From assembly GCA_028287565.1 (NCBI GenBank), contig JAQBPK010000259.1, positions 3,146-67,145 of the forward strand: a DNA stretch of 64,000 nt, written 5' to 3'. Below are positions 1 to 10,457 of this stretch, one piece after another. Source of the stretch: Vulcanimicrobiota bacterium. Lineage in GTDB: Bacteria > Vulcanimicrobiota > Vulcanimicrobiia > Vulcanimicrobiales > Vulcanimicrobiaceae. The stretch's first letter is position 1. Each line of letters starts with the position of its first letter. Below the pieces are notes generated by a model. The model was not told where the DNA came from, made no database searches, and saw nothing but the letters and a program-made list of their open reading frames with translations. The translations under genes were made by a program, and so were the position numbers.

Positions 1-2
1 TC

Positions 3-299
3 GACAATGCGGTCGCGTACGGCGGTCGGGCCGACGTGTCGTGCGTGGTGGACGGCGCTCGCGCAATCGTTCGCGTTCGGGATTCCGGCCCGGGGCTGTC
101 CGACCATCAGTTGGGATCCGTGTTCGATCCGTTCTATCGCGTCGAGGCGTCCCGCTCGCGCGCCACCGGCGGAACCGGCCTTGGCCTGACCATCACGCGA
201 AACATCGTCGTCCGCCACGGCGGCACGGTCTCGCTCCGCAATCGGGCCGAAGGCGGGCTTGAAGTGACGCTCGATCTCCCGCTCGCCGGCGCGGAATAG
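3..299 (+). CDS. Sensor histidine kinase, C-terminal HATPase_c domain (5' partial)
   Basis: Frame is open from the window edge. N-box DNAVAYG, G1 DSGPG, F-box FDPFYR and G2 GGTGLGL are present. Confidence 0.9.
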   Translation, partial: DNAVAYGGRADVSCVVDGARAIVRVRDSGPGLSDHQLGSVFDPFYRVEASRSRATGGTGLGLTITRNIVVRHGGTVSLRNRAEGGLEVTLDLPLAGAE

Positions 300-365
300 C
301 GCCGCCCGGCCGCGCCGTTGAAGGGCTGCGTTTCCCGGAGCGCGGGTCCATGATGCGAAGAGGCT

Positions 366-1946
366 TCAGGTGCTTTCCTCGACTGGAATGGCTTCTTCCG
401 CGATGTCCAACGCGTGAACGATCCGGCGTAGCACGGTGTTGTCCATTCCGCCGTCGTCGTGCAGCTTCATGAGCGCGGTGCGCTCGGCGTGCAGCACCTC
501 GCGTTCGGCTGCGAACCGCCGTTGCTCTTCCCGGTCGACGGGTGCGCCCGGCAAGCGCCGGCGCGACGCGTAATGCCGCGCCAATGCCGCCGCGTCCGCG
601 GCGGTGATGTGTCCTTCGCGTTCGAGTGCGCGGAGCCGCTCGTGTGCGCTGCGCGACATCGCGGTCAGCGCGGTTCTCAGTTCTTCGGCCTCTTCGTCGT
701 CGCCGGGTGGGATCTTCAGGGCGCGCACGACCGACGGCAGCGTCAATCCTCCGCCGACGAGCGTCACGAGGATCACACTGAACGTGAGAAAGATGACGAG
801 GTCGCGGTTCGGAATGCGGGCGCCGCCGGCGACTGCCACCGGAATTGCGAGCGCTGCGGCGAGCGAAATGGCTCCGCGCAACCCCGACCAACTCGCGACG
901 ACCGCCCGCTGAATGCTGGGCTCGCTGTACTTTCCCTCCCCGCCGAACCACGGTGCATATTCGAGTAACACGAACCAACCAAAACGCAGCGCGATGATCG
1001 TGACGTTGATCGCTGCCGCATAGGCGAGCACGGTCCACCATGCGTACTCGCTGAACACCGTCGTTCCGACGATGCGCAGCTGCAGGCCGAGCAGCAAGAA
1101 CAGGATCGCGTTCGCGAGGAACACCGCCGCTTCGTAGAAGTCGGCACCGCGCATGCGCGCCTGCGGGACGAGCCCGAACGGCGTGAAGCGACTCGCGACG
1201 ATCCCCGCGGCAACCACCGCGAGCACGCCGGAAACCGCGAAGCGCGTTGCGAGCGCGTACGTGAGAAACGGCAGCGTGAACGCGACGACCGGCTGCAGAT
1301 CGACGTCGCGCACCCGGCGCCACGTCTCGATCGCGAGCCAAGCGCAGGCGACGCCGACGAGCACGCCGCCGATCGCCGAGCCGAAGAACTGCAGCACCGC
1401 GATCCCCGGGTGGAACACGCCGGTCACGACGGCGGCCAGCGCGGTCGCGTACAGGATCAGCGACGAGGCGTCGTTGAGCAGGCTCTCGCCTTCGACGACG
1501 GCCACGAGGTGGCGCGGCATCCGCAGCCGTTCCAGAACGGGCGCGGAGGCGAGCTCGTCGGTGGGTGCGACGATGGCACCGAGCACGAACGCCATCGGCC
1601 AAGCGAGGCCGGGGATCGCGGCGTGCGCGACGACCGCGACGACGCCGGTCGTCGCGATGACGAGTCCGATGGCGAGGCTCGTGATCCACCGGGCGTTCGC
1701 GCGCATGACGTCGGTCGGCGCCGTGATCGACTCCCAGAACAGGAGCGGCGGCAGAAAGATGAGCAGAACGAGATCCGGGTCGAGCTCGACCCGCGGGAGC
1801 CCTGGGACGAACCCGAGCACGAGACCGGCGAGTACCAGGACGATGGGATACGAAACGGCGACGCGGCGCGCGAACGAAACGAGCGGAACCGTGAGCACGA
1901 ATGCTGCGATCACGAGCCAGATTGCCGTCTCTGGGGAACCGCTCAT
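366..1946 (-). CDS. Na+/H+ antiporter, CPA1 family (NhaP/YjcE-like)
   Basis: Multi-pass hydrophobic protein with IFLPPLLF, APTD, EGESLLND and GLRGAISLAAAL motifs, plus a soluble C-terminal tail. Confidence 0.9.
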   Translation of the reverse strand: MSGSPETAIWLVIAAFVLTVPLVSFARRVAVSYPIVLVLAGLVLGFVPGLPRVELDPDLVLLIFLPPLLFWESITAPTDVMRANARWITSLAIGLVIATTGVVAVVAHAAIPGLAWPMAFVLGAIVAPTDELASAPVLERLRMPRHLVAVVEGESLLNDASSLILYATALAAVVTGVFHPGIAVLQFFGSAIGGVLVGVACAWLAIETWRRVRDVDLQPVVAFTLPFLTYALATRFAVSGVLAVVAAGIVASRFTPFGLVPQARMRGADFYEAAVFLANAILFLLLGLQLRIVGTTVFSEYAWWTVLAYAAAINVTIIALRFGWFVLLEYAPWFGGEGKYSEPSIQRAVVASWSGLRGAISLAAALAIPVAVAGGARIPNRDLVIFLTFSVILVTLVGGGLTLPSVVRALKIPPGDDEEAEELRTALTAMSRSAHERLRALEREGHITAADAAALARHYASRRRLPGAPVDREEQRRFAAEREVLHAERTALMKLHDDGGMDNTVLRRIVHALDIAEEAIPVEEST

Positions 1947-2108
1947 GACGCTCTGTTCGCCGGTTCAGCCGGAAATTCCACAGCGAGAAGCCGGCTCTCA
2001 AACAGGAGCGCTGGAGGCAACCGCTTGGGGCCAGCAAATCTCTCCCAGGCACGAAAGGACGGGAGTCGCGATAGTAGACGACCCCCATCCTTCACCAACC
2101 TGACTCCG

Positions 2109-2882
2109 TTAGTGAGAGGCCGCTACAGTTTCAGCCGAAGCCGCCTGTTCGATCAGACCTGCAACCGCTTCCGGTTTGGAAACGTAGATCGCGTGGCTTC
2201 CCGGCGCTTCAACGACCGTGGCGCTTGCGCGCTGTGCCATGAAATGCTGCGCAGGCGGAGGGATCATCTTGTCCGCCGTTGCCACGAGATACCAGCTCTT
2301 TTTGCTCTTCCAACCCGGCTTGGAGACGACTCCGTTGAGGGCATTGAGGCCCCACGGGACCTGTGCGTTCGCCATAAACGACGCGAGGCCGGGCTCGACG
2401 TCCGCAGCGAACGATGCGGCGAATTTCGTTTTGTCGAGCATCAGGTAACCGTCCTGCGGCGGCAGAATCGGCGGAACCGGCGCGCCCGGAGCGGGATGTG
2501 CGATCAACGACGCAACTGATTCGCCTTGATCGGGCGCGAAGGCGGCGATATAGACCAGTGCGGCGACTTTTGGATCGTTGCCGGCTTCGGTGATGACGGC
2601 ACCACCGTAGGAATGTCCGACCAGAATAACGTCCTGCTTCGCACCGGCGATGGCGCGCCTCGTGACGGCGACGTCATCCGCCAGACTCGTCGTCGGGTTC
2701 TGGACGATCGTGACGTCATAGCCGTCGCGCTGGAGGATCTTGTAGACGCCCTCCCATCCGGATCCGTCAACGAACCCGCCGTGAACCAACACGATGCTCT
2801 TCTTTTGCGCAGCTGAGACGGGCACGCCGCCACCGGCGACAAACATGAGCGTACTCGTAAACGCGAGAAGCCTCCGGAACAT
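2109..2882 (-). CDS. Secreted alpha/beta hydrolase
   Basis: Signal peptide MFRRLLAFTSTLMF...SAA, VLVHG motif, GHSYGG nucleophile elbow, and catalytic D/H (DKMIP, GSHA). Start placed at ATG 2882 after GGAGG. Confidence 0.85.
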   Translation of the reverse strand: MFRRLLAFTSTLMFVAGGGVPVSAAQKKSIVLVHGGFVDGSGWEGVYKILQRDGYDVTIVQNPTTSLADDVAVTRRAIAGAKQDVILVGHSYGGAVITEAGNDPKVAALVYIAAFAPDQGESVASLIAHPAPGAPVPPILPPQDGYLMLDKTKFAASFAADVEPGLASFMANAQVPWGLNALNGVVSKPGWKSKKSWYLVATADKMIPPPAQHFMAQRASATVVEAPGSHAIYVSKPEAVAGLIEQAASAETVAASH

Positions 2883-3029
2883 GGTAATCCTCCATAAGCG
2901 ATCATGAAATGTCGACGAGGGACAGGTCCCGGACGTCGCAGCCACCATTTCACTTTGGCGACAAGCACAACATAGTCGCTGATGAAAGCGGCGTATTGTA
3001 TATTCTTGCAGTGTAGCTTGGCTTTTTCC

Positions 3030-3057
3030 GAGTCGCGCTCAATTCAGAGCGCGTCTC
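3030..3057. promoter_or_regulatory. Imperfect inverted repeat, second copy of the putative TetR operator, upstream of the hydrolase
   Basis: GAGTCGCGCTCAATTCAGAGCGCGTCTC closely matches the 28-bp palindrome at 4099-4126. Confidence 0.6.
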
Positions 3058-3067
3058 GATGAGCGCA

Positions 3068-3958
3068 TTACTGTTGCGCTCGCCAATATCCCGGCGTAAC
3101 GCCCTCGGCGTTTCGAAAGGCGCGCGTAAAATGGCTTTGGTCCCCAAACCCGCACAGCTGCGCCACGTCCGAGAGGGTTCGGCCGCGGCGCAATAGGCTC
3201 TTGGCGCGACTGATACGCTGACTCGAAAGCCATTGATATGGCGCAACCCCGACACTCTTTCGAAACGCATGTGCGAACTGGCTTGTGCGCAAGCCGCACA
3301 TCGCCGCAAGTTCTCGCAAACGTACACGGCCGTCGAGATGCGCCTCGATCATCTCCTGTGCCAGGCGCACCTGCCATCTCGTTAAACAACCGCGATCCTT
3401 TCTGCGCGTCGGCAGAGAACTGTACTTTGCGCACACATAAATCCCATACGCAAGCATAAAGTGATCGGCGTACAGCTCGTCGATATCTCCTGGCGTGCTT
3501 ACATACGGCAAGATACGTCTCGACATGCGAGCGAGGTTCTCGTCGCGCACTGGGTCCGGCGATATTCTGGTAAGACCGTCTATCCTCGGCAATTCCAGAT
3601 CTTCAGCAAGCTCGTCGAGGAACGCCCTCGTAATCACGAAGAACATCGAGTGAAAGGGGAATGCCGTATATCCGTACGAGACCGTCGACAGGTCATAGAA
3701 CATCATGTCGTCGATTCGCACGTCGCGAACGGGCCGGTTACGACCATCGACGAAGATCTCATGATAGGGGTGCGGCCGTAGGGTTAGAGCGACCGCAAAA
3801 CTGTCGCGCTGGGCCGCCATCTCCGTCATCCCGTACATCGGAGAATCGTAGCGCACTTCCGTTACGGTGAGTGACGCTTTGTTCAGCACGTTGACCATCA
3901 GCTTCGGGGCGTTGTCCACCCGCAACCACCGTCCGAGGTCATCGACGTCTGTCTGCAT
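3068..3958 (-). CDS. AraC family transcriptional regulator
   Basis: C-terminal double HTH: LRELAAMCGL..FAHAFRKSVG..PY and VAQLCGFGDQSHFTRAF. Confidence 0.9.
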   Translation of the reverse strand: MQTDVDDLGRWLRVDNAPKLMVNVLNKASLTVTEVRYDSPMYGMTEMAAQRDSFAVALTLRPHPYHEIFVDGRNRPVRDVRIDDMMFYDLSTVSYGYTAFPFHSMFFVITRAFLDELAEDLELPRIDGLTRISPDPVRDENLARMSRRILPYVSTPGDIDELYADHFMLAYGIYVCAKYSSLPTRRKDRGCLTRWQVRLAQEMIEAHLDGRVRLRELAAMCGLRTSQFAHAFRKSVGVAPYQWLSSQRISRAKSLLRRGRTLSDVAQLCGFGDQSHFTRAFRNAEGVTPGYWRAQQ

Positions 3959-4091
3959 TTTGTTCGGTTCTTCGTCCGGAAATCATGGTTGCCGTCAAGG
4001 CGTCTCAAATCGTGCCCCGGCGAGAGTCGGACGACCGCTCCCGCCGCACGGCCCACTTTGCGGTTGAATGGTGCTTTCCATCGTGATATTC

Positions 4092-4126
4092 TATAATTGA
4101 GACGCGCTCAAAATTGAGCGCGTCTC
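4092..4126 (+). promoter_or_regulatory. -10 box (TATAAT) followed by a perfect 13-bp inverted repeat, putative TetR autoregulatory operator
   Basis: TATAAT at 4092-4097, then GAGACGCGCTCAA-AA-TTGAGCGCGTCTC at 4099-4126, 15 bp before the tetR ATG. Confidence 0.7.
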
Positions 4127-4141
4127 GGAGAGCTTTCGCCG

Positions 4142-4771
4142 ATGCATGAGTCCACCGACCTGACCCTCCGCGAGCGATCGAAGCTCGACAAGCGCCGCCG
4201 GATCGAAGAAGCCGCTCGGGAGGTCTTCGCTGAGTGCGGCTTTCACAAAGCCACAACGCGCGAAATCGCCAAGCGCGCCGGCGTGGGCGTGGCCACGCTT
4301 TTCGTCTATGCGCCGGATAAGGCGCAGCTACTCGCCGCGATGTTCAAATCAGAGCTCGAGCGGCTCAGTGCACTTAGCGGCTCGATACCGACAGACGGCA
4401 CGGTCGTCACGCAATTGATCCGTTTCTTGCGACCTCGTTATGAAGTGTTCGGGCGCGATGCACGCCTGTCACGGACCGCGATGCTGAACAATTTTGGGCG
4501 GTCCATGGAATCCGCCAACACCGACCAAGCCCTGCCGGTGATATGGCGCGCGTTGTACGACGGCATTCGTGATATCGTGCGTCGCAATCAAACGTATGGC
4601 CTCATAACAAGTGAGGCCAATACCGATTTGGCTGCGGAGGCCATATTGTGCATATATTTGACGCACGTGCAGTTTTGGATCGCACAAAGAGAGCCGAACG
4701 TTGAGCACGGTCTTTCCGCGCTTGCTGCTCTGTTGGAGATGATTTGCAAGCCACTCGAGCCAAAGAAGTAG
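4142..4771 (+). CDS. TetR/AcrR family regulator
   Basis: N-terminal HTH IEEAAREVFAECGFHKATTREIAKRAGVGVATLFVYAPDK. Confidence 0.92.
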   Translation: MHESTDLTLRERSKLDKRRRIEEAAREVFAECGFHKATTREIAKRAGVGVATLFVYAPDKAQLLAAMFKSELERLSALSGSIPTDGTVVTQLIRFLRPRYEVFGRDARLSRTAMLNNFGRSMESANTDQALPVIWRALYDGIRDIVRRNQTYGLITSEANTDLAAEAILCIYLTHVQFWIAQREPNVEHGLSALAALLEMICKPLEPKK

Positions 4772-4914
4772 CTATTTAGACGGCCAAGCTGCGGCGACGC
4801 GATCGGCCCGGCGTCAACGCCGCTGCATCACGTAAACGCGTGAGATTTAAGGCAGCGAGACCTGTTCCTCCGAGAGACGATCCATGAGGGCACGCATGAG
4901 CTGGACGCGAGAGT

Positions 4915-6788
4915 TCACGGCCGCTGAATGCGCTCCGCATCGCTGGTGGCTCCCAGGGCATGGAAAAGATCCCAAGCGCGGTCCAGCGCCGCGACGCCGG
5001 CGTCACGCCGCCCGTCAGCGAGGAGCGCCCGGCCGTAGTCGGCTTCCGCATCGGCGAATAGAAACCGGCGCGGGCTGCGCTCGAGGAGTTCGGTCGCATG
5101 ACGCAGCGCGTCGATGTCGCGCCGTACCAGGCCGCGTATCTGCTCCGCGATACCGACGAATGTAGCGACCTCCGGGTTGCGCTCCGCCAAGCCCGCGGCC
5201 AACGACTCGATCTCCGCTGCGAGGCCGGCGTCGCCGCCGCGCACCGCGCATCGGGCGGCTACCACGAGCCAACCCGGAAGATTTCGCCACCGGTGCCGGA
5301 CCCCGCGCTGCGGATGCATGACCTCGCGCACGAGCGGTAAAGCGCGAGCATAGTCGCCTCGCGATTCGTGAAACCATGCGGTCGCTGCCGCGATGAGCAC
5401 GGTTCGTGTTTCGTCACCGCCCGCAATGTCCGCGACTGCGACCGCGATGTGGTGCTTCGCGTCGTCGTAGCGTCCCCGAATCTGCGCGACCCGTTCGAGC
5501 ACGAGCCGGGCTTCGACCTGATACGTATCCTCGTGAACCTCATCGCACTCCCGCAGGATCGTGAGTGCCTCGGTTTCGGCATCGTCGAAATTGCCGGCGG
5601 TGTAGTCGTGCCACAGCCGCGCGAAGGCGACGTCGGCCGGGTGAATGCCGGCCCCGCGGTCGATGAGCTCTTGCGCGTGCGCGAGCAGTGCGGCGCTCTC
5701 GTCCAACCGGTCGATGAGCTGCAACAGCAAGATCTGGCTTGGGATCGTTTTGAGGGACTCGGCGGGCGAACGGATGTCTCGAAAGTACTGCAGTGCATCG
5801 CCGAACCGGCCGTCGCTCATGCTCGTTTCGGCCAGCGCGCGCGCCGCGGTGGCCTCTGCGATCTCGCTGCCGGCGCTTCGGCTCGCGTCCAGCGCGGATC
5901 GGCCGGCGGCGAGCGCAGCCTCATCGTCGTCTCCGCGAGAACCCCCGAGGGCGCGCAGCGAAAGGAGCTCCGCTCGAAGGCTTTCCGAGATCCCTTCGCG
6001 TGCGCACGCCGCGTCGATCCGAGAGAGCATCTCCTCAGCCCGGCCCATCGACCACAACAGCCACGCGGCTTTCGCTTGGAGCGTAGCGTATTTGTTCGGA
6101 TCGGTTACAACGCGGCCGAGGCGGTTGGCTAGAGCGAGCGCGTCGCGCTCGCGTCGCGCCTCTACGAGGATCGGGAACGCCGTGCAACCGACGTCGAGCC
6201 ACAACGGGTCGCTTTCTCGAAGCAGCGCGAGCGCTTGCAAGACGACGTCGGCCGCGACGGCCGGCAGCGAGGAGACGACGCTCGTCGCTGCCTGCACGAG
6301 CAGCGACACCGCGGCGCGATCGCCGGCGGTCGCGCTGGCCAAGACGTGCGGGACGGCGTCGAGCGGACTGGCACCGCTATCGATGAGGTACGCGGCGATG
6401 AGACGGTGGAGCTCGGACCGGAGAGACGGTGCGATCTCATCGTACACGGCTTGCCGGACCAGGTCGTGCGTAAACGATAGCAGTCCGGAATCATCCTGCA
6501 GCACTCGTTCACGCACGGCTTCGTCAACGGCTCTCCGAAGGTCGGACGGGGCGGCGCTTCCGACGAGCGCAGCGGCATCGCGGAGCGCGAACGGGCGTCC
6601 GAGTACTGCGCCGACTTGCGCCAGCTCCAGCGCGGTGTCCGACAGGGGCACGAGTCGCCGGCGCGCTCCGTTCTTCAGGCGGCGCGGCAGTTCGCTGCCG
6701 TCGTCTATCAGATTTGCGTCGCCGAGGCCGTCGAGCAACGATACGGCAAGAAACGGATTGCCGGCCTTTCTCGTCTCACCGGCTGCGA
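4915..6788 (-). pseudogene. Truncated STAND/MalT-like (ATPase-TPR-LuxR) regulator
   Basis: Frame starts just before KAGNPFLA (STAND GxP motif). It retains the winged-helix FTHDLVRQAVY and helical repeats but has no P-loop upstream (in-frame TAG at 6789-6791) and no C-terminal LuxR HTH. Confidence 0.65.
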
Positions 6789-7005
6789 GCTACATCGCCG
6801 GCGCGACCATCGCCGCTGACGGCGGACGGACGGCGGTATAGCGGCCTATTCGGATAACGGCGGGCTCTCCTCGACTGGGATCGCTTCTTCCGCGATGCCT
6901 CGGCTCAGCACGCGACTTACGTCACAGGCACATTTTCCGGATTCTCTCTGCAAAGGGCGTTATAACGATCCTGAGATCTGCGCGCTAGGCCCGAGGAGCA
7001 TTGAG

Positions 7006-7464
7006 ATGAGCATACAGGTTCTACGCACCGGAAGTGCCTCGCCGGCACTTCACACCTTCGTCGCAGGTGTCATCGGCGCCATCGGCACCGACGCGTTCAT
7101 CTCGATCGCCCATCAGATGTCACCCGTCAAGGTATGGCAATTCATCGCATCGGCGGTGTTGGGACCCGTCGCATACACGTCGCCGCAGTATGCTGCGACC
7201 GGCCTGGCGTTGCACCTCGCAACGGCTCTCGTCTGGGCGTATCTCTACACGTTGGTCTGGAGCAGGGTGAGCTCACTGCGCAATTGGGTTCTCGGCGGCA
7301 TCGTTTGGGGCGTCGTCGTCACCGTCTGCATGGACGCGATCATAGCCTTCCGCGGCGTGCTTGAACCGCTGACTCCGAGCTCCGTGATATTTGGTCTGGT
7401 TACGAACGTCGTCTTCTACGGACTACTCGTCGCGGCGTATCTTTCGCGTACCGCTCGGGAATAA
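7006..7464 (+). CDS. Hypothetical membrane protein (about 4 TM)
   Basis: GAGGAG RBS before ATG 7006 and four hydrophobic segments. Confidence 0.7.
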   Translation: MSIQVLRTGSASPALHTFVAGVIGAIGTDAFISIAHQMSPVKVWQFIASAVLGPVAYTSPQYAATGLALHLATALVWAYLYTLVWSRVSSLRNWVLGGIVWGVVVTVCMDAIIAFRGVLEPLTPSSVIFGLVTNVVFYGLLVAAYLSRTARE

Positions 7465-7474
7465 ACGGCGCGCG

Positions 7475-8245
7475 TTACGTGCGCTCGTACTCGTCGTGGC
7501 GGCGGAACCACCAGTCGCCGTCCTCGTTGCGTCCGAGCGGCGCGCGGTCGAGCCACTGGTACATGCCCCAGACCCCGTCGACGCCGCGGCCGTACGCCGA
7601 GTAGGTGTGATAGACGACGCCGTCCTTCAGCGCGAACGCGCTCAGCCCGGGGCCTTCGCGCATGTACGTCGCCACGTCGGTTCCGGTGCTTCCCGCGATC
7701 TGGGCGACCCAGCTATCCGCCGGGGCGTTCAGCACCGGCCGCATGTCCATCGGGCGGTAGTTGTACTCGGCGTTCCCTGACCGCTGCTGTTCTTCGGTGC
7801 GCGCGACCTGATAGTCGTAGTTGAAATCGCTGCCGAACGACGACGCCCACGGAAAGCTCCAGCTCATTCGCCGCTTATACGCTTGCAGCTTCGCGAGCGG
7901 CGCGCGCGAGACGGCGTAGAACGAGACGTCGTGGTTCACCAGATGCGGGACCGAGCCGTCGAAGCTGTCCGCGATCGCGGAACACGACGGACATCCCGCC
8001 TCGTACTCGGGACCGAACATGAAGTGATAGATGAGCAGCTGCGAGCGCCCGCGGAAGAGATCGGCGAGCGTCGCGGCCCCCTCGTCGGTCTCGAAGCGGT
8101 ACTCTTTGTCGACGCGCACCCAGGGCAGCTCTTGCCGCATCCGCGCCAGCTCGTCGCCGCGCCGCGTCTGCGCCTTCTCGGCGTCGAGCAGCTGCAGCCT
8201 TGCCGCAAGCCACTCTTCGCGCGTTCCGATCTTGTGGTCGATCAT
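7475..8245 (-). CDS. DUF899 family thioredoxin-like protein
   Basis: REEWLAAR..LL..EK, LADLF.GRSQL.IYHFMF, GCPSCS, SDFNYD, LD.AP.GRNE. Confidence 0.9.
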   Translation of the reverse strand: MIDHKIGTREEWLAARLQLLDAEKAQTRRGDELARMRQELPWVRVDKEYRFETDEGAATLADLFRGRSQLLIYHFMFGPEYEAGCPSCSAIADSFDGSVPHLVNHDVSFYAVSRAPLAKLQAYKRRMSWSFPWASSFGSDFNYDYQVARTEEQQRSGNAEYNYRPMDMRPVLNAPADSWVAQIAGSTGTDVATYMREGPGLSAFALKDGVVYHTYSAYGRGVDGVWGMYQWLDRAPLGRNEDGDWWFRRHDEYERT

Positions 8246-8285
8246 CGTTTTCTCGTTTCTTGAATGGTACGAACAGTGTGGTTTT

Positions 8286-8804
8286 TTACATATCCGGCAT
8301 GAAGCCGGGGACAGCCGAAGGCGCTGCGACGATCAGGATTCCAATCCCGATGATCGCGAGCGCCAACGGGACATCGAGAGCCGCTTTCGCGGGGAGAAGC
8401 TTTTGGATGAAGACGATGCCCGCGATCACCGCCATCCAGGTGACGCTCATGGCGTTGATCGCAGCCAGCATCAGCATGAGTCCGATGCACGAGCCGGCGC
8501 AGTAGAGTCCGAGCTCGATTCCGGATCGCACCATTTCGCGGCAGCGCCGGCGGAAGTAGCGTTTGAGCGGCGTGAGCTCGTAGACGCCCGCAGCGATCAC
8601 GACGGCGGCTGCAGCGACCGCGTCGTGCGTCCGGTACAACGTGTACACGACGACGCTCACGAGCGCCCAAACGGCGAGATACGATCCGACGAAGACCGGC
8701 ACGGTCCGCACGCCACCGCGGCCGTTAGCCGCTCTGAACACCGCCGGTATCGCGGCCGGCAGCATCATCGCCGCCATCATCGCGACAGACGCGCCCATTT
8801 CCAT
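8286..8804 (-). CDS. DUF2182 predicted metal-binding membrane protein (N-terminally short)
   Basis: MMAAMMLP, Y.LTPLK...C, G.YC.GSC..LM motifs. Usual neighbour of DUF899. Confidence 0.8.
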   Translation of the reverse strand: MEMGASVAMMAAMMLPAAIPAVFRAANGRGGVRTVPVFVGSYLAVWALVSVVVYTLYRTHDAVAAAAVVIAAGVYELTPLKRYFRRRCREMVRSGIELGLYCAGSCIGLMLMLAAINAMSVTWMAVIAGIVFIQKLLPAKAALDVPLALAIIGIGILIVAAPSAVPGFMPDM

Positions 8805-8817
8805 TGCTGCACCACCC

Positions 8818-9144
8818 CTACTGGTTTTCTGCGAGACGCTTGATCGCGTTCAGCCGTTCATCCCATGCCGCTGCGACACCGCGCATCCATCGCGCCGTTG
8901 ATTCGAGGCGCTCGGGACGAACGGAGAACTGGACGTCGCGGCCCTGCTTGCGCGCTTCAACCAAACCGGCTTGCTCGAGGACGGCGAGGTGCTTCACGAT
9001 CGCCTGCCGCGTCACGGGAAGTTTCTTTGCAAGCGCGGTCGCGGTCGTTTGCGGGTGAGCCGAGAGCGCGTCGAGCAGGCGCCGCCGCGTGGGGTCGGCG
9101 AGAGCGACGAGCACCTCGTCTACGTCGCCCTTCCGCGCGATCAT
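8818..9144 (-). CDS. ArsR/SmtB family regulator
   Basis: ALADPTRRRLL, VTRQAIVKHLAVLEQAGLV. Confidence 0.92.
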   Translation of the reverse strand: MIARKGDVDEVLVALADPTRRRLLDALSAHPQTTATALAKKLPVTRQAIVKHLAVLEQAGLVEARKQGRDVQFSVRPERLESTARWMRGVAAAWDERLNAIKRLAENQ

Positions 9145-9159
9145 CGCCGGCTGGCGGCG

Positions 9160-9606
9160 TTACGCCGCAAGCCCTTCGACGTATTCCCGCAGATCACGCA
9201 GCTGGATCCCCCAGCCTTCGCTGTTGTTCTCGAACTGCTCGGCGCGCTTGCTCTCGTTCAGCGGCAGACGGCTGAAGCCCGTTTCGACCACGCGCACAAG
9301 TGTCTGGCCTTCGTGCGGCGTCAACGTGAACTCCACCAGCGTCGAGTCGTCCGTGCCCGGCTTTTCGTCGTTGAACCCCGGCTTCCAGCGATACGAGAAG
9401 TGGCGCGGCGCGTCGATCTTCTCGATCGTCGCGTACTGGGTGCCGTGTTTATCCCAGCGCAGCACCATCGTGCCACCCGGCCGCAAGTCGATCTCCGCCG
9501 AGTCGCCGAACCATTTGCCGACGTGTTCCGCCTGCGTGATAATCTCCCACACGCGCTCCGGCGCAGCAGCGACGACGACTTCTCTCTCAATCCGGTCTTG
9601 AACCAC
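9160..9606 (-). CDS. SRPBCC/AHSA1-like ligand-binding domain protein
   Basis: IEREVVVAAAPERVWE, IDLRPGG, TLVRVVETGF, C-terminal GW...L..L. GTG start after GGGAGG. Confidence 0.88.
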   Translation of the reverse strand: MVQDRIEREVVVAAAPERVWEIITQAEHVGKWFGDSAEIDLRPGGTMVLRWDKHGTQYATIEKIDAPRHFSYRWKPGFNDEKPGTDDSTLVEFTLTPHEGQTLVRVVETGFSRLPLNESKRAEQFENNSEGWGIQLRDLREYVEGLAA

Positions 9607-9620
9607 GATGCCCTCCCGAT

Positions 9621-9672
9621 GTGCAACCCTATAGTTGCACAAAGCGAGCGAAAGCGCAACCCCCCAGTTGCG
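9621..9672. promoter_or_regulatory. Two GCAAC-N6-GTTGC palindromes, putative ArsR operator
   Basis: GTGCAAC-CCTATA-GTTGCAC (9621-9640) and CGCAAC-CCCCCA-GTTGCG (9655-9672) lie upstream of the SRPBCC-arsR operon. Confidence 0.65.
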
Positions 9673-9769
9673 GATCAATCCGGGCTCGAACGGGTCATTG
9701 AAGAGCCCAGTATAGCGATTGCGTTGTGCAGCGCCGTGCGGTGATCACCGCGGCCTCGGCGGCGTAGGC

Positions 9770-10392
9770 TTATGCGACGCTGAGCGCGCGTGCCGCTTCG
9801 AGCGCCTGGGCGAGCGCCTGCGCGCCCCGTTCCGGGCTGATCCGGATCCCTTCTGCAATGATGAACTCCGGGTTCGTGATGCCGATGAGGCCGAAGATCG
9901 CGCGCAGGATCGGCTCGACGTACTCGCCGCCCGCCGTTGGAAGGCCCGCGCCGTAGACGCCGCCGCGCGAGAGCACGGCGATCACGCGCTTGCTGCCTGC
10001 CAATCCCTGCGGCCCCTTCGCGCTGTACGTGAAAGTCTTGCCCGGGACAAGCAGCCGGTCGAGCCACGCCTTGAGCTGGCTTGGGATCGTGGAGTTGTAC
10101 ATCGGCGCGCCGATCACGACGATGTCGGCCGCCAGGAACTCCTCAAGGACGGCGGCACTCGCAGCCTGCGCGGGCGGGTCGTTGCCCGTCGCCAGCGCGG
10201 CCAGCGGATGATCGCTCGGCAGCGACTCAGGGACGAGATGCCCGAGCGGCTGGGCGGCAGGTCGCGGTAGGTCACCTCGAGGCCGGGATCGTCCTGGCGA
10301 AGCCGTTCCGCGATCGCGGCAGTCACCTGCCGGCTCACGGAGTGGGTGCCCAGGATGCTCGAGTCGACGTGTAGCAGGTTCATGATTCCCAT
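9770..10392 (-). pseudogene. azoR: FMN-dependent NADH-azoreductase (AzoR/AcpD-like), frameshifted
   Basis: The N-terminus ([17 protein letters not shown]) and C-terminus ([18 protein letters not shown]...K...SRGG.Y) are in different frames. One base is missing near 10258. Confidence 0.85.
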
Positions 10393-10457
10393 CAGGTATA
10401 GATTTGTAACCTAGACATCATAGGGAACTACTGGTAGACTCGCAAGAAGGCACATCA

